Positions 43,946-54,654 are shown, numbered from the stretch's first letter. The stretch: 64,000 bases of DNA from Candidatus Hydrogenedens sp. (GCA_049968235.1 JBMFRC010000014.1:1-64000); one strand, 5' to 3'. Numbers and translations are program-made. Notes: generated from the sequence alone by a model not told the origin.

Positions 43946-45352
43946 ATGGAAAAGAGAATGAGTTTCTTAATGAGATTATTATTAGTCCTTTCATTTTTAA
44001 TTTTTCCTTGTTTGAGTTATGCAGAAGATGGGGAAGGAGGAGATGTTATTACACAGAAAATAATTTTAGATACACTATGGGTTCTTATTACTGCCTTTCT
44101 TGTATTCTGGATGAATGCAGGATTTGCCTGTGTAGAAGCGGGATTTTGCAGAGCTAAAAATGCTGTAAATATTCTTACTGAAAATTTTGTTGTTTTTGGA
44201 ATAACTCTGGTATGTTTTTGGGCAGTAGGCTTTGCATTAATGTTTAGTGATGGAAATCCGTTTATAGGACTTAAAGGATTTTTCCTATTGGGTGCGGATA
44301 ATAGCCCCTCCATAAGAGATTTTTATAAGGGAGTATATAAATCTTTGAACTGGACAGGCGTTCCTTTAGAAGCCAAGTTTTTCTTTCAGGTTGTTTTTTG
44401 CGGTACAGCGGCGACTATTGTTTCGGGTGCAGTAGCAGAAAGGATTCGTTTTTCTGCTTTTCTTTTATTTTCTGTGGTTATATCTGCTGTGATTTATCCT
44501 GTTGCAGGGCACTGGATATGGGGAGGCGGTTGGTTAAGTTCGTTTTTGAATGTCGGATTTAAGGACTTTGCAGGTTCTACAGTAGTTCATTCGGTTGGGG
44601 GATGGTCTGCTTTAGTAGGAGCATGGTTATTAGGTCCTCGTTTGGGCAAGTATGGGAAAAAAGGGGAAATTTCCCCTATTCCCGGACATAATCTGGCATT
44701 GGCAACATTGGGAGCATTAATTTTATGGTTAGGATGGTTTGGATTTAATCCAGGGAGTACGATGGAAGCAAATCCTATTAAAATTGCCCATGTTGCATTA
44801 ACGACTGCAATGTCAGCGAGTATAGGAATCGTTGCATCTTGTTTGTATGCATGGATTCGGTTAGGAAAGCCTGATTTAACTATGATAATAAACGGTTCCT
44901 TAGCGGGTCTGGTGGCTATTACCGCACCGTGTGATGGTGTGAGTATTTTTGGAAGTCTGCTCATCGGAGTTATTGCAGGTTTTATTGTCGTAGAAAGTGT
45001 TTTGTTTTTTGACCGTATTAAAATAGACGACCCCGTAGGTGCTATTTCCGTACATCTTGTTAATGGTATCTGGGGAACTTTAGCAGTTGGGTTATTTGAT
45101 GTAGATAAGGGATTATTTTATGGTGGAGGTTATAAATTATTACTTGTTCAGTTTGTAGGTGTTGTATCTGTCGGACTTTTTGTCTTGTGTTCTGCTACGG
45201 TTGCATGGTTACTCATCCGTATGATATTAGGTTTAAGAGTTAATGCTAACGAAGAATATTTAGGTCTGGATAAAAGTGAAATGGGATTGGAGGCATATCC
45301 TGAAGAACGGGTTATACCGGAATACACAATAGCACAAGACGCATATATGTAA
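43946..45352 (+). CDS. amt: Ammonium transporter (Amt family)
   Basis: Signal peptide plus Amt signature (…DTLWVLITAFLVFWMNAGFACVEAGF…), 11 TM helices. Confidence 0.9.
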   Translation: MEKRMSFLMRLLLVLSFLIFPCLSYAEDGEGGDVITQKIILDTLWVLITAFLVFWMNAGFACVEAGFCRAKNAVNILTENFVVFGITLVCFWAVGFALMFSDGNPFIGLKGFFLLGADNSPSIRDFYKGVYKSLNWTGVPLEAKFFFQVVFCGTAATIVSGAVAERIRFSAFLLFSVVISAVIYPVAGHWIWGGGWLSSFLNVGFKDFAGSTVVHSVGGWSALVGAWLLGPRLGKYGKKGEISPIPGHNLALATLGALILWLGWFGFNPGSTMEANPIKIAHVALTTAMSASIGIVASCLYAWIRLGKPDLTMIINGSLAGLVAITAPCDGVSIFGSLLIGVIAGFIVVESVLFFDRIKIDDPVGAISVHLVNGIWGTLAVGLFDVDKGLFYGGGYKLLLVQFVGVVSVGLFVLCSATVAWLLIRMILGLRVNANEEYLGLDKSEMGLEAYPEERVIPEYTIAQDAYM

Positions 45353-45854
45353 TTAATGAAATTTTAACATATAAAAAGTATTTTGCGGTTTTTGCAAGAA
45401 GTGGATTCCAGTTATATAAAAAGGAAAGGGACAATCCGTTGTTTGATATTAATTTCCTATTACCGTGCAATGACCATTTTCGCTATAGGAAATGTGTGAT
45501 AGTCATCATAGTTAAAAACTGAATTAACCGAAGTAAATTGATTATCCCGTCTTGTGCTTATAATCGGAACTGTGGGGATTATGATTTTTATATCCACCTC
45601 GATAAAATTCCCCTTGAAAGAATTTAATTATATTCCTATAGGAATAAAGTCAGAGCCACCATTCCAATTCATGTATGTATTATCAGTATTACTGGCAATC
45701 CATATTTTTCGTTTAGAGGAAAAGATGAATCATTTTCCTATTTATATTATACTCCCTTCTTTTATGTTGTTGTGGGTATAAACAATCGTTTTTATTTTCG
45801 TTTTGTTTTTTTTCTTTTTTAATAAATATTGATGAAAAAAGTTGCTTTTTTATA

Positions 45855-45882
45855 CTATATATAGTATTCTATATATAGTATT
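45855..45882. repeat. Exact tandem duplication of a 14-nt AT-rich unit (ctatatatagtatt x2) immediately upstream of the murC RBS
   Basis: Direct read: ctatatatagtatt ctatatatagtatt caaggatagtcgaag ATG. Confidence 0.8.
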
Positions 45883-45897
45883 CAAGGATAGTCGAAG

Positions 45898-47334
45898 ATG
45901 AACGGCGTTAAACGAAAAATACATTTTGTCGGTGTCGGTGGTATTGGAATGAGCGGTCTTGCAGAAATTCTGCTCAATCTCGGGTATGAAGTTTCCGGTT
46001 CCGATTTAAAATCCTCTGAAATTGTTGAACGACTGATAAGTTATGGATTGAAATTCTACGAGGGACATGCTTCTGAGCATGTAAAGAACGCAGGAATTGT
46101 AGTTCGTTCCGCTGCTGTTTCGGATGATAATATTGAGATAATTACAGCTCGGCAGTTGGGTATTCCTGTAATTCATCGTAGTGATTTACTTGCTGACCTG
46201 ATTCGTCTCAAACCTAATGCTATAGCGGTAGGTGGAACTCATGGTAAAACTACAACAACATCCATGATAGCCTCGTTTTTAGAGCATGCTAACATCGGTG
46301 CTACAAGCATAGTCGGTGGGATATTACACCGTAGTGGCACGAATGCTCGTTGGGGAACTGGAAATTATCTCGTAGCAGAGGCGGATGAGCATGATGGTTC
46401 GTTTTTGAGATTACATCCAACGATAGCGGTTGTAACAAGTATTGATGCAGAGCATCTGGAATATTATGGAACATTAGACCGTATCAAAAAAGCCTTTATT
46501 GATTTTTGCAATGATGTTCCATTTTATGGTTATTCAATTCTTTGTGGTGATGACCCGAATATAAAATCTATTATTCCAGAGATTGAAAGTGTCTGTATCA
46601 CTTATGGATTGGAGGAGCATTGTTCTTTGCGTGGGATAGATGTAAGAATAGAAGTTCCTCCCAAAAAAGATTCCATTCGAGATTTCCTTGCGGGGATTAA
46701 AACACGGTTTACAGTAATAAGTCAGGATGAAAAGTTAGGTGTTAAGGGGAGATTGGGGGAATTAACCATTCATACATTAGGTATTCATAATGTTCGTAAT
46801 GCTTTGGGTGCGTGTGCTGTTGGTATTTGTTTAGGACTTCGTTTCGGGTTGATTATGGATGGGCTATATCAATTTGCTGGTGTGCAAAGAAGACTTCAGT
46901 TCTGTGGAGAAGAAAAGGGCATTGCGGTTGTTGAAGATTATGCACATCATCCCACAGAAATAGCGAGTACAATGGAAGCTCTTCAATGGATAGAACCGCA
47001 ACGACTGATTGTTGTTTTTCAACCGCATCTATATAGTAGAACGAGATTTTTTGCAGAAGATTTTGCTCGTGTTTTATCGAAAGCCGATATGGCAGTTATA
47101 ACAGATATTTATGCTTCGCGTGAAACTCCTATCAATGGAGTAACTTCGGATTTGATTGTCGATTCTGCCCGAGAACAGGGAGCCAATAATGTGTTTCTTG
47201 TCCGAGATATGTATGAAGTTCCTGATTTCTTGATAAAGCATATAAAATTAGGTGATGTAGTTCTTATCCTAGGTGCTGGAAATATCAATAAAATTGCAGA
47301 ACCGCTTCTTAAAAAGATACAGGGATTAGTATAA
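45898..47334 (+). CDS. murC: UDP-N-acetylmuramate--L-alanine ligase
   Basis: …KIHFVGVGGIGMSGLAEILLNLGYEVSGSD…GTHGKTTTTSMIA…. Confidence 0.92.
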   Translation: MNGVKRKIHFVGVGGIGMSGLAEILLNLGYEVSGSDLKSSEIVERLISYGLKFYEGHASEHVKNAGIVVRSAAVSDDNIEIITARQLGIPVIHRSDLLADLIRLKPNAIAVGGTHGKTTTTSMIASFLEHANIGATSIVGGILHRSGTNARWGTGNYLVAEADEHDGSFLRLHPTIAVVTSIDAEHLEYYGTLDRIKKAFIDFCNDVPFYGYSILCGDDPNIKSIIPEIESVCITYGLEEHCSLRGIDVRIEVPPKKDSIRDFLAGIKTRFTVISQDEKLGVKGRLGELTIHTLGIHNVRNALGACAVGICLGLRFGLIMDGLYQFAGVQRRLQFCGEEKGIAVVEDYAHHPTEIASTMEALQWIEPQRLIVVFQPHLYSRTRFFAEDFARVLSKADMAVITDIYASRETPINGVTSDLIVDSAREQGANNVFLVRDMYEVPDFLIKHIKLGDVVLILGAGNINKIAEPLLKKIQGLV

Positions 47335-48159
47335 ATGGCTAAGGTTCATTTAATCACTTCACCCTTTGCAGGTGCACAGCCCAGGAAAAGACAAAATACT
47401 CGTATTCGAAAAGGAAAATCTATTTTCAGTAGTGTAATTGCAAATTTGCTTAAGATAGTATGTTTTCTGCCTCTATTTGTATTATTTTCACTTGTTTTTA
47501 GATTGGTAGATGACCCGAGATATAGAGTAAAAGAAATTCAAATTGATGGTTTGAAATACTTTTCCGATGTAGAGGTAAAAAAAAGTGTGGATATGTTTTT
47601 AAATTGTAAAATTATTTCATTAAATACGGATGATGTAAAACATAAATTAAATCAGATTCCTTTTATTGAAGATTGTTCTGTAGAAAAGGATACGAAATTG
47701 GGAAAGATTATCATTCATGTCCAAGAAATGTCCCCTTATGCTACGCTTTTTATTGATGACCAGATGTTTCTTATTTCGCATACAGGTAAAATATTAAAGA
47801 AAATAATGAATATTAAAGAAGCGGTAGGTCCCTTGATAACGGGAGTATCACGACAGAATATTTTGGAACCTGGTGCTTACATAAATGATGAAAATCTATG
47901 GTCTGCACTCAACTTCTGGTATGAATATAATCAGGTGCCTAAAAATAAAGATATAAGGATATCTGAGATTGTAATTGACACTCATGAAAATTTGAAAGTA
48001 TTTTTTGATGAAATTCCCTGCGAAACAAGGTGGAAAACGGAAAACTTAAAACGGCAAATTCAGAATTTTTCAATAGCCTTAAATAAAGTAGATATAACTC
48101 AAATTCAATGTAATGAATATATAGATATGAGATTTAATGATGATATTATTTATAAATAG
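47335..48159 (+). CDS. ftsQ: Cell division protein FtsQ/DivIB (POTRA domain)
   Basis: N-terminal cytoplasmic tail, one TM helix and a POTRA-like domain (…YRVKEIQIDGLKYFSDVEVKK…); lies between murC and ftsZ. Confidence 0.65.
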   Translation: MAKVHLITSPFAGAQPRKRQNTRIRKGKSIFSSVIANLLKIVCFLPLFVLFSLVFRLVDDPRYRVKEIQIDGLKYFSDVEVKKSVDMFLNCKIISLNTDDVKHKLNQIPFIEDCSVEKDTKLGKIIIHVQEMSPYATLFIDDQMFLISHTGKILKKIMNIKEAVGPLITGVSRQNILEPGAYINDENLWSALNFWYEYNQVPKNKDIRISEIVIDTHENLKVFFDEIPCETRWKTENLKRQIQNFSIALNKVDITQIQCNEYIDMRFNDDIIYK

Positions 48160-48223
48160 GAGAATTTGAAGTAACAAAACCATTAAAATATACACATGGG
48201 ACGCACCCCTGGAGGATAAGTTT

Positions 48224-49573
48224 ATGACACAGCGTTTTACATTACTAGATTCAGATGATTTCGGTAAAGAACCTGACAACAAAAAGGTTGGGAAGGTGAG
48301 TAATCCGGGTTCAGTGGTAGGCTTTTCAGGTGTAATGTCTGGGAAGGAAGAGTTTCCCGGTAAGAAAATCCTTATTAAAGTTTGTGGTGTAGGCGGAGGA
48401 GGAGGAAATGCCATTGAACGGATGATAGAACAAAAGATGGAAGAGGTGGATTTCATTGCTATTAACACCGATGCTCAGGCATTGTCCAAATCTACCGCTC
48501 CTATCAAGATACAGATAGGTGTAGGTATCACAGGAGGATTGGGAGCGGGTTCTCTTCCGGACTGTGGTGCTTGTGCGGCAGAAGAGGACCGGGAAACCAT
48601 CCGTGAGGCTTTGGAAGGAGCCCACATGGTTTTCTTGACTTCGGGAATGGGTGGAGGAACAGGAACAGGTGCGGCTCCCATTGTGGCTGAAATTGCCAAG
48701 GATTTAGGTGCCCTTACCGTGGCGGTTGTTACTTTACCGTTTGAGTTTGAAGGTCCGGTAAGGAAACGAAATGCGTATGAAGGGATACAGAGGTTAAGAG
48801 AACATGTAGATGCTTTAATTACCATTCCGAATGACCGTGTATCAACATTAAAAGATTTGACTGTAAAAGAAGCATTTTTGAAAGTAGATGAGGTTTTGCA
48901 TAATGGAATACGTGCAATAACTGACCTTATCAAGATTCCTCAACTTATCAATATTGATTTTGCAGATGTGCGTACAATTCTTCAAAATAGTGGGAAAGCC
49001 CATCTGGGTATTGGTTTGGCTCGAGGGGAAAAAAGACCGGAGGAAGCGGTCCTTCGTGCTATTGAATGTAATTTACTAGATACAAAAAGTGTAGTTGGAG
49101 CCAAAGGGGCTATATTAAATATTCATGGTGGTTCTGATATGAAAATGGCAGAAGTGCTTCGTGCAGGTGATAAATTGAGAGAAATGTTGGGCCCTGATGC
49201 GAATGTGATATTTGGTGCAATGATAAGTGAAGGAGAAAGAGAAGATATTTGTGTTACAGTTATTGCTGCAGGTTTTCCGGAAGAACAAAAATCAAGTGAA
49301 TTTATTCCATCCGCAATTACTAATATTACCAAAGAACAACAGGTTACTTCTTCAATATCTTCTATAAATAAAGGGGATACGCTACAGATAAAAGAGAAGA
49401 AAGAAGAAGCAATTCCTAAGGAAGAAAAGAAACCGGAGCATGGAGAAGAACTCTTTTCTAAAGAAGAATTGAAAAAAGCAAATGAAACACCACCCAAAAA
49501 AGATGAAAAACCAACTTTAGACCCGAAACCTCCATGGCTTCGTCAATTTTTTGAAAAAAACTCGGATAGATGA
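48224..49573 (+). CDS. ftsZ: Cell division GTPase FtsZ
   Basis: Tubulin signature GGGTGTG (…LTSGMGGGTGTGAAPIVA…), T7 loop, long K/E-rich linker and a conserved C-terminal peptide (…PPWLRQFFEK). Confidence 0.95.
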   Translation: MTQRFTLLDSDDFGKEPDNKKVGKVSNPGSVVGFSGVMSGKEEFPGKKILIKVCGVGGGGGNAIERMIEQKMEEVDFIAINTDAQALSKSTAPIKIQIGVGITGGLGAGSLPDCGACAAEEDRETIREALEGAHMVFLTSGMGGGTGTGAAPIVAEIAKDLGALTVAVVTLPFEFEGPVRKRNAYEGIQRLREHVDALITIPNDRVSTLKDLTVKEAFLKVDEVLHNGIRAITDLIKIPQLINIDFADVRTILQNSGKAHLGIGLARGEKRPEEAVLRAIECNLLDTKSVVGAKGAILNIHGGSDMKMAEVLRAGDKLREMLGPDANVIFGAMISEGEREDICVTVIAAGFPEEQKSSEFIPSAITNITKEQQVTSSISSINKGDTLQIKEKKEEAIPKEEKKPEHGEELFSKEELKKANETPPKKDEKPTLDPKPPWLRQFFEKNSDR

Positions 49574-49586
49574 CAAAAGGTTTTTT

Positions 49587-50699
49587 ATGAGCATATCACC
49601 TGTTCGGAACGAGTTTATAAAACTCTTACAACGCGCTATTCAAAAAGATGCTTCAGATATACATTTAAAAACGGGAAGTCCTCCTTATTTCCGCGTGAAT
49701 GGAGAATTATCCCCGATAGGTGAAGAACCTATATATCCCGAAACTATGTCTCAAATCTTGAGTGTTATGCTCAACGATGAACAGATGCGTATTTTTTCTC
49801 AACGGGGAGATTTAGATTTTGCTTTTTCAGAAAAAGGAGTAGGCCGTTTTCGTGTGAGTATTTTCCGTCAGAGGGGAACGATTTCCTGTGTAATGCGGAA
49901 AATTAAAACCCGTATTCAGACTTTTGAAGAATTACATCTTCCCCCTCAGATAGTGCGATTTACCGAGTTACAACGAGGATTAATTTTAATTGCAGGGACT
50001 ACAGGCAGTGGAAAATCAACTACCCTTGCAGCAATTGTGGAATATATTAATCAAACACGTCCGTGTCATATTATTACTATTGAAGACCCAATAGAATTTA
50101 TTCATGTAGATAAAAAAGCAGTTATCAATCAACGGGAAGTGTCTATTGATACGCATGATTTTAATTCCGCTTTGCGAACGGTGATGAGGCAGGACCCGGA
50201 TGTAATCGTGATTGGTGAAATGCGAGACCATGAAACTTTCATGGCGGCGGTAAGTGCAGCCGAAACGGGACACCTTGTTTTTAGCACCTTACATACAACG
50301 AATGTAATGCAAACGATGGATCGAATTATTGACTTTTTCCCTACCAATATGCATGACCAGGTGCGTTCTCAGTTATCACTAAATCTGAAAGCGATTATGT
50401 GTATGCGTCTTATTCCGCGTGCAGATGGGCGTGGTCGGGTGCCTGCATGTGAGATTTTATTTAATACACCGATTGTCCGAAAATTAATAAAAGAAAATCG
50501 TATGACTCAAATGGATACAGTTCTTCAACAGGGGAAGGAAGAAGGTATGCAAACTTTTAACGATAGCCTTTTTCAATTAGTAAAGGAATCTCTCATTACA
50601 CTGGATATGGCTATTGATATGTCGGACAATCCGGAAGAACTTCAGATGATGTTGCAGGGGATACGATTAAGTTCCCGACGGGGAAGTATCCTTAAATAG
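49587..50699 (+). CDS. pilT: PilT/PilU-family type IV pilus retraction (twitching motility) ATPase
   Basis: Walker A LILIAGTTGSGKSTT and the PilT-specific pattern (…IITIEDPIEF…AHLVFSTLHT…). Starts 13 nt after the ftsZ stop; an alternative start at 49551 overlaps ftsZ. Confidence 0.85.
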   Translation: MSISPVRNEFIKLLQRAIQKDASDIHLKTGSPPYFRVNGELSPIGEEPIYPETMSQILSVMLNDEQMRIFSQRGDLDFAFSEKGVGRFRVSIFRQRGTISCVMRKIKTRIQTFEELHLPPQIVRFTELQRGLILIAGTTGSGKSTTLAAIVEYINQTRPCHIITIEDPIEFIHVDKKAVINQREVSIDTHDFNSALRTVMRQDPDVIVIGEMRDHETFMAAVSAAETGHLVFSTLHTTNVMQTMDRIIDFFPTNMHDQVRSQLSLNLKAIMCMRLIPRADGRGRVPACEILFNTPIVRKLIKENRMTQMDTVLQQGKEEGMQTFNDSLFQLVKESLITLDMAIDMSDNPEELQMMLQGIRLSSRRGSILK

Positions 50700-53600
50700 C
50701 CGAATCTATGTCAGGATATTGCTCTTCTAAAAGTTCGATGAATTCTTCCAGTGTTTCAATTAGTTTTTCAAATTGGCTCTTAATATGTGTATTATCAATA
50801 TTTTTTAGGTCTTTCGTTGCTTCCTCTATTTCCTTTGTTATTTGGGCTACTCTAATTGCTCCCAAATTGCTTGTAGAACCTTTAATTGTATGTATTGTTT
50901 TATGAAAACCTTCAAAGTCTTTGTTCTCAAGTTGTATCCGTGCTTGATGTAAATAGGTAGGAATGTTCTCTAAAAATACTTTTATTACCGACAGGAGTAA
51001 ATTGTAGTCATTATCCATACGGTTTAACACCGCCGTTTTGTCAAATATAGAAGAAGATTGAGTTACGGAGTTTAATTCCGTAGAAGATGGGAAAGACGAA
51101 TATCTTTGTGCAAGTATTTTCGTAACTGTTTTTACAAGTTTTTCAGGATGTATAGGTTTGGTAAGGTAATCGTCCATTCCAATCTCTAAACAATAATTTT
51201 TCTTTTCTTCAAAAGCATAAGCAGTCAGTGCAATAATCGGAATATGATTCTCTGTTTGTGATTCCATTTCCCGTATTTTTTGGGTCGTCTGGATGCCATC
51301 CATATCTGGCATTTCTACATCCATTAGGATTAAATGATACTGCTCTTTTTGAATTTTTTCCAAAACTTCATTACCGGATTGTGCAACATCTACTTGATAT
51401 CCTCTTCGGGTTAAAAATTCCTTCATCACGGTTTGGTTTATAGGATTATCTTCTGCTAACAAAATTCGTATCTTACTAGGGGGTATATTTATGGATATTT
51501 CTTCTTTTACATCCGGGAATTCATTTGCAACTACTGTAAGAATATTGGCAAATTCATTTTTATCTGTTGGGTAAGGGATTTGAATTTTTATATCTATTTC
51601 CTTTGATGATGATAGATTTTCAGGATGGAGCAAAATTACAGGTAAATTGTATTGTGAGATTATAGATAGAATATCAGGATTATTATAGTAAGCCTTAATA
51701 TCGAGCAGAACAACGGTTTCTTTTTTATTGCCTTCCTGTTTGAAATTGTTTGTAAATTCTTCTGATGACTTAGAAACAATAAGTCGAATACCCCAGGAAA
51801 GGATATATTCTTCTATAGTTTTTATTAAACTTTTATTGTTTGTTATTAGATATAATATTTTTTGAGGTGGTACAAATTCTCCATTATCATTTAATAATAG
51901 AAGTTTTAATTCAAACCAGAATGCTGTTTTTCCATCTGCTCTTTTTTCTACACCTATTTTTCCTTTCATAAGTTCTACTAACTGCTTACTTATAGTTAAA
52001 CCTAATCCTGTTCCTTCGAACTTTTTGCCATCAGAGCGATTTGCTTGTCCGAATGCTTCAAAAATTTGGTCTATTTCAGTTTCCGGGACGCCAATACCAG
52101 TATCTGTTACTTCAAAACGAAGTATGACATTATCTATATTTTGTTTTACCACATGAATTTCAATGCAAACTTCCCCTTTATCCGTGAACTTGATAGCATT
52201 TCCTACAAGATTGATTAATATCTGTTTTATCTTATCAGGGTCTCCAATAACCTGTGTTGGAATATCTCGAGATAAAAGGCAACCTAATTCCAAATTTTTA
52301 TCGTGAGCACGTTGCCAGAACATTTGAATAACATCGTCAGCAATCTGTCGGGGAAAGAAAGGTTTGTTTTGTACAGAAACATTGCCTGCTTCTATTTTAG
52401 ATAAATTCAACAAATTGTTGAGTAGCGAAAGCAGAGCCTCCGCATTGGATAAAGCCATGCTAACGAATTGGAGATTTTGTTCCTCTTTGATACTTTCTTT
52501 AAGTAGATGCAAAGCACCAATAATCCCGTTCAGAGGTGTGCGAATCTCGTGACTCATATTCGCAAGGAAAAAAGATTTGTATTTATTCGCTATTTCTGCT
52601 TTCATTGCTAATCGGTTGGACTGTTCAATGAGTTCTAAAAGTTCTTTATTCTTTTGTTCTAATATCTCCTTTGCTTTTGTTATCTCCTGTTCCATGCGTC
52701 GGTGTTCTGTCAGGTCATTTCCAACACATAGTATTTCTATTATGTTTCCTTCTTCATCATATAGGGCTTTATTCGACCATGAAATCCATACCCGTTCTCC
52801 ATTCTTTTTCATGTTTTCATTCTCATTATTGATATATTTTTCCGGATTTTTACCAATGTCTAAAATCATTTCTAATAGATTTCTTTGATTGGAATCTGTG
52901 AGGGGAACAATAGTCCCCACGACATTTTGTCCAATCAATTCCCCGGGTTTATACATGAAAAATTGTTCTGCAAAACGGTTGATGAAAATAATCGTACCAT
53001 TGGGAGACATGCGCAAAATAATACTATTTACATTTTGCACCAATTGTTCATAACGAAGTTCTTCCTTACGCAAAAAGTCCTCAGTTTCTTTTCGCTTGAG
53101 AATTTCTTTCTCAAGGTCCATCTGTTGAATCATTACCTGATTTTGAAGGGTATTCTGCACAGAACTTAATTCTGTCAATTTCTTATCAATTTCATCAAGA
53201 AGTTCATCAATACAGAGACCTAATTGCCCGATTTCGCTCTCCGGGCGTAGATTATTTCTGATAGAAAAATTCCGGGTTGTTAATACCAAATCCATATTTT
53301 TTATTATTTGTTCTATAGGTCCTATTAGAAGATTAAACATTATCCGTAGGAGTATAAAAATACCTATGAATGAGAGCACAGAGAGTATTGTTGTTAGTAG
53401 AATTTTATTTAATAAAACAGAATATAAGGAATATGTGGGCAGATATAAGTAAAGAGTTCCAAAATTTTGAGAATTAGTTTTTAAAGGTTTTGAATACCAG
53501 ATTTTTACATCTCTATAATAAAAGCCTTCTTGAGGTAAATTACTGACTTCCGGCGACTCTAATAGAAAATCAGAAAGTTCTTTTGTAATGATTTCATCCT

Positions 53601-53850
53601 TTGATGAAATAAATAAGCCCGTCGTTAAATCATTTTTTTTGCAAGTTTTGTAGATTTCTTTTAGAGATTCAAAGTTCCTGTCTATCAGGTGTGATATAGT
53701 CAATTCAGATAAAAATTCTGCTCTTTGTTGTAATAGGTACTCTGCATTTTTTTGAAATATCCGATAATCATAAATTGTTACAATAAGAATGTAGAGTATA
53801 TGAAAAAGGATAATAGGGATTAAAAGAAATAAATATAATTTGTTCTTCAT
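50692..53850 (-). CDS. Hybrid sensor histidine kinase / response regulator (TM sensor-HAMP-PAS-HisKA-HATPase-REC-HPt)
   Basis: H-box NMSHEIRTPLNGIIG; HATPase G-boxes; REC (…ILLAEDNPINQ…MDVEMPDMDG…); C-terminal HPt (…HTIKGSTSNLGA…). Confidence 0.9.
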   Translation of the reverse strand: MKNKLYLFLLIPIILFHILYILIVTIYDYRIFQKNAEYLLQQRAEFLSELTISHLIDRNFESLKEIYKTCKKNDLTTGLFISSKDEIITKELSDFLLESPEVSNLPQEGFYYRDVKIWYSKPLKTNSQNFGTLYLYLPTYSLYSVLLNKILLTTILSVLSFIGIFILLRIMFNLLIGPIEQIIKNMDLVLTTRNFSIRNNLRPESEIGQLGLCIDELLDEIDKKLTELSSVQNTLQNQVMIQQMDLEKEILKRKETEDFLRKEELRYEQLVQNVNSIILRMSPNGTIIFINRFAEQFFMYKPGELIGQNVVGTIVPLTDSNQRNLLEMILDIGKNPEKYINNENENMKKNGERVWISWSNKALYDEEGNIIEILCVGNDLTEHRRMEQEITKAKEILEQKNKELLELIEQSNRLAMKAEIANKYKSFFLANMSHEIRTPLNGIIGALHLLKESIKEEQNLQFVSMALSNAEALLSLLNNLLNLSKIEAGNVSVQNKPFFPRQIADDVIQMFWQRAHDKNLELGCLLSRDIPTQVIGDPDKIKQILINLVGNAIKFTDKGEVCIEIHVVKQNIDNVILRFEVTDTGIGVPETEIDQIFEAFGQANRSDGKKFEGTGLGLTISKQLVELMKGKIGVEKRADGKTAFWFELKLLLLNDNGEFVPPQKILYLITNNKSLIKTIEEYILSWGIRLIVSKSSEEFTNNFKQEGNKKETVVLLDIKAYYNNPDILSIISQYNLPVILLHPENLSSSKEIDIKIQIPYPTDKNEFANILTVVANEFPDVKEEISINIPPSKIRILLAEDNPINQTVMKEFLTRRGYQVDVAQSGNEVLEKIQKEQYHLILMDVEMPDMDGIQTTQKIREMESQTENHIPIIALTAYAFEEKKNYCLEIGMDDYLTKPIHPEKLVKTVTKILAQRYSSFPSSTELNSVTQSSSIFDKTAVLNRMDNDYNLLLSVIKVFLENIPTYLHQARIQLENKDFEGFHKTIHTIKGSTSNLGAIRVAQITKEIEEATKDLKNIDNTHIKSQFEKLIETLEEFIELLEEQYPDIDSAI

Positions 53851-53991
53851 AAGCCAATTATAAAAATTATAAATTCTGATTTATAACATAATTGTAATAA
53901 ACATTTTATATAGAAAAACTTTACCCTTACTCTTATATATTACTACAAATGAAAGGAAGAAAAAAGCGATTTTTTAATAAATAGGGTTAAT

Positions 53992-54630
53992 TTAAGAGAT
54001 AGCAGACTTGTATAATTGTGCTGTTTCCGTTATAAGCGTGTAGTTCTCACTTGCAAGTAATTTTTTGTTTGCCAGGTTCCCCCCCACACCTAAAGCCACA
54101 GCCCCAGCCTCTAAAAATTTTCGAGCATTTTCATGATGAATTCCGCCGGTTGGGACAATTGGCAGATGAGGAAGAGGACCTAAAACCGCTTTGATATATT
54201 CAGGACCACCCACACTTGCGGGGAAAAGTTTTACAAAATCAGCACCGGTTTGCCATGCATGGAATAGTTCTGTAGGAGTGAAGCCTCCACACATACTTAC
54301 AACACCGTAATTTTTCGCTGTGCTAATTACTTCGGGTAATAATGTGGGTGTAACAATGAAATCGCTTCCTGCAAGAATGGCTAAACGACAGGTTGTTGTA
54401 TCGATGACAGTACCAGTTCCTATAAGTATTTCCTTTCCATCCCACTCCTTTTTTAAACTTTCAATAAGAGTTAATGCTCCGGGGGTGGTCATGGTAATCT
54501 CAATACAACGAATTCCCCCTTCAAAAAGGGCATGAACAGCCTTAAAAAAAAGTTCATGTTTCAAATCTGCACGAATAACGGCTATAATCTTTTCCGATTT
54601 GATAAAATCGATTACTTCATCTCTCGACAT
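53992..54630 (-). CDS. eda: KDPG / 4-hydroxy-2-oxoglutarate aldolase
   Basis: …IIAVIRADLKHELFFKAVHALFEGGIRCIEITMTTPGA…GTGTV… class I aldolase Eda pattern. Confidence 0.8.
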   Translation of the reverse strand: MSRDEVIDFIKSEKIIAVIRADLKHELFFKAVHALFEGGIRCIEITMTTPGALTLIESLKKEWDGKEILIGTGTVIDTTTCRLAILAGSDFIVTPTLLPEVISTAKNYGVVSMCGGFTPTELFHAWQTGADFVKLFPASVGGPEYIKAVLGPLPHLPIVPTGGIHHENARKFLEAGAVALGVGGNLANKKLLASENYTLITETAQLYKSAIS

Positions 54631-54654
54631 AACGAAATTCCCTTTTACTGGAAA

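Noticed and set aside
45554-45781. 75-aa ORF between amt and murC
   Set aside because: Hydrophobic low-complexity translation in AT-rich intergenic DNA with no RBS; likely spurious.
50692-50699. 8-nt 3'-end overlap of convergent pilT and the sensor kinase, as a possible mis-call
   Set aside because: Both C-termini are supported by domain completeness (PilT C-terminal region; HPt domain end); short convergent overlaps are common.
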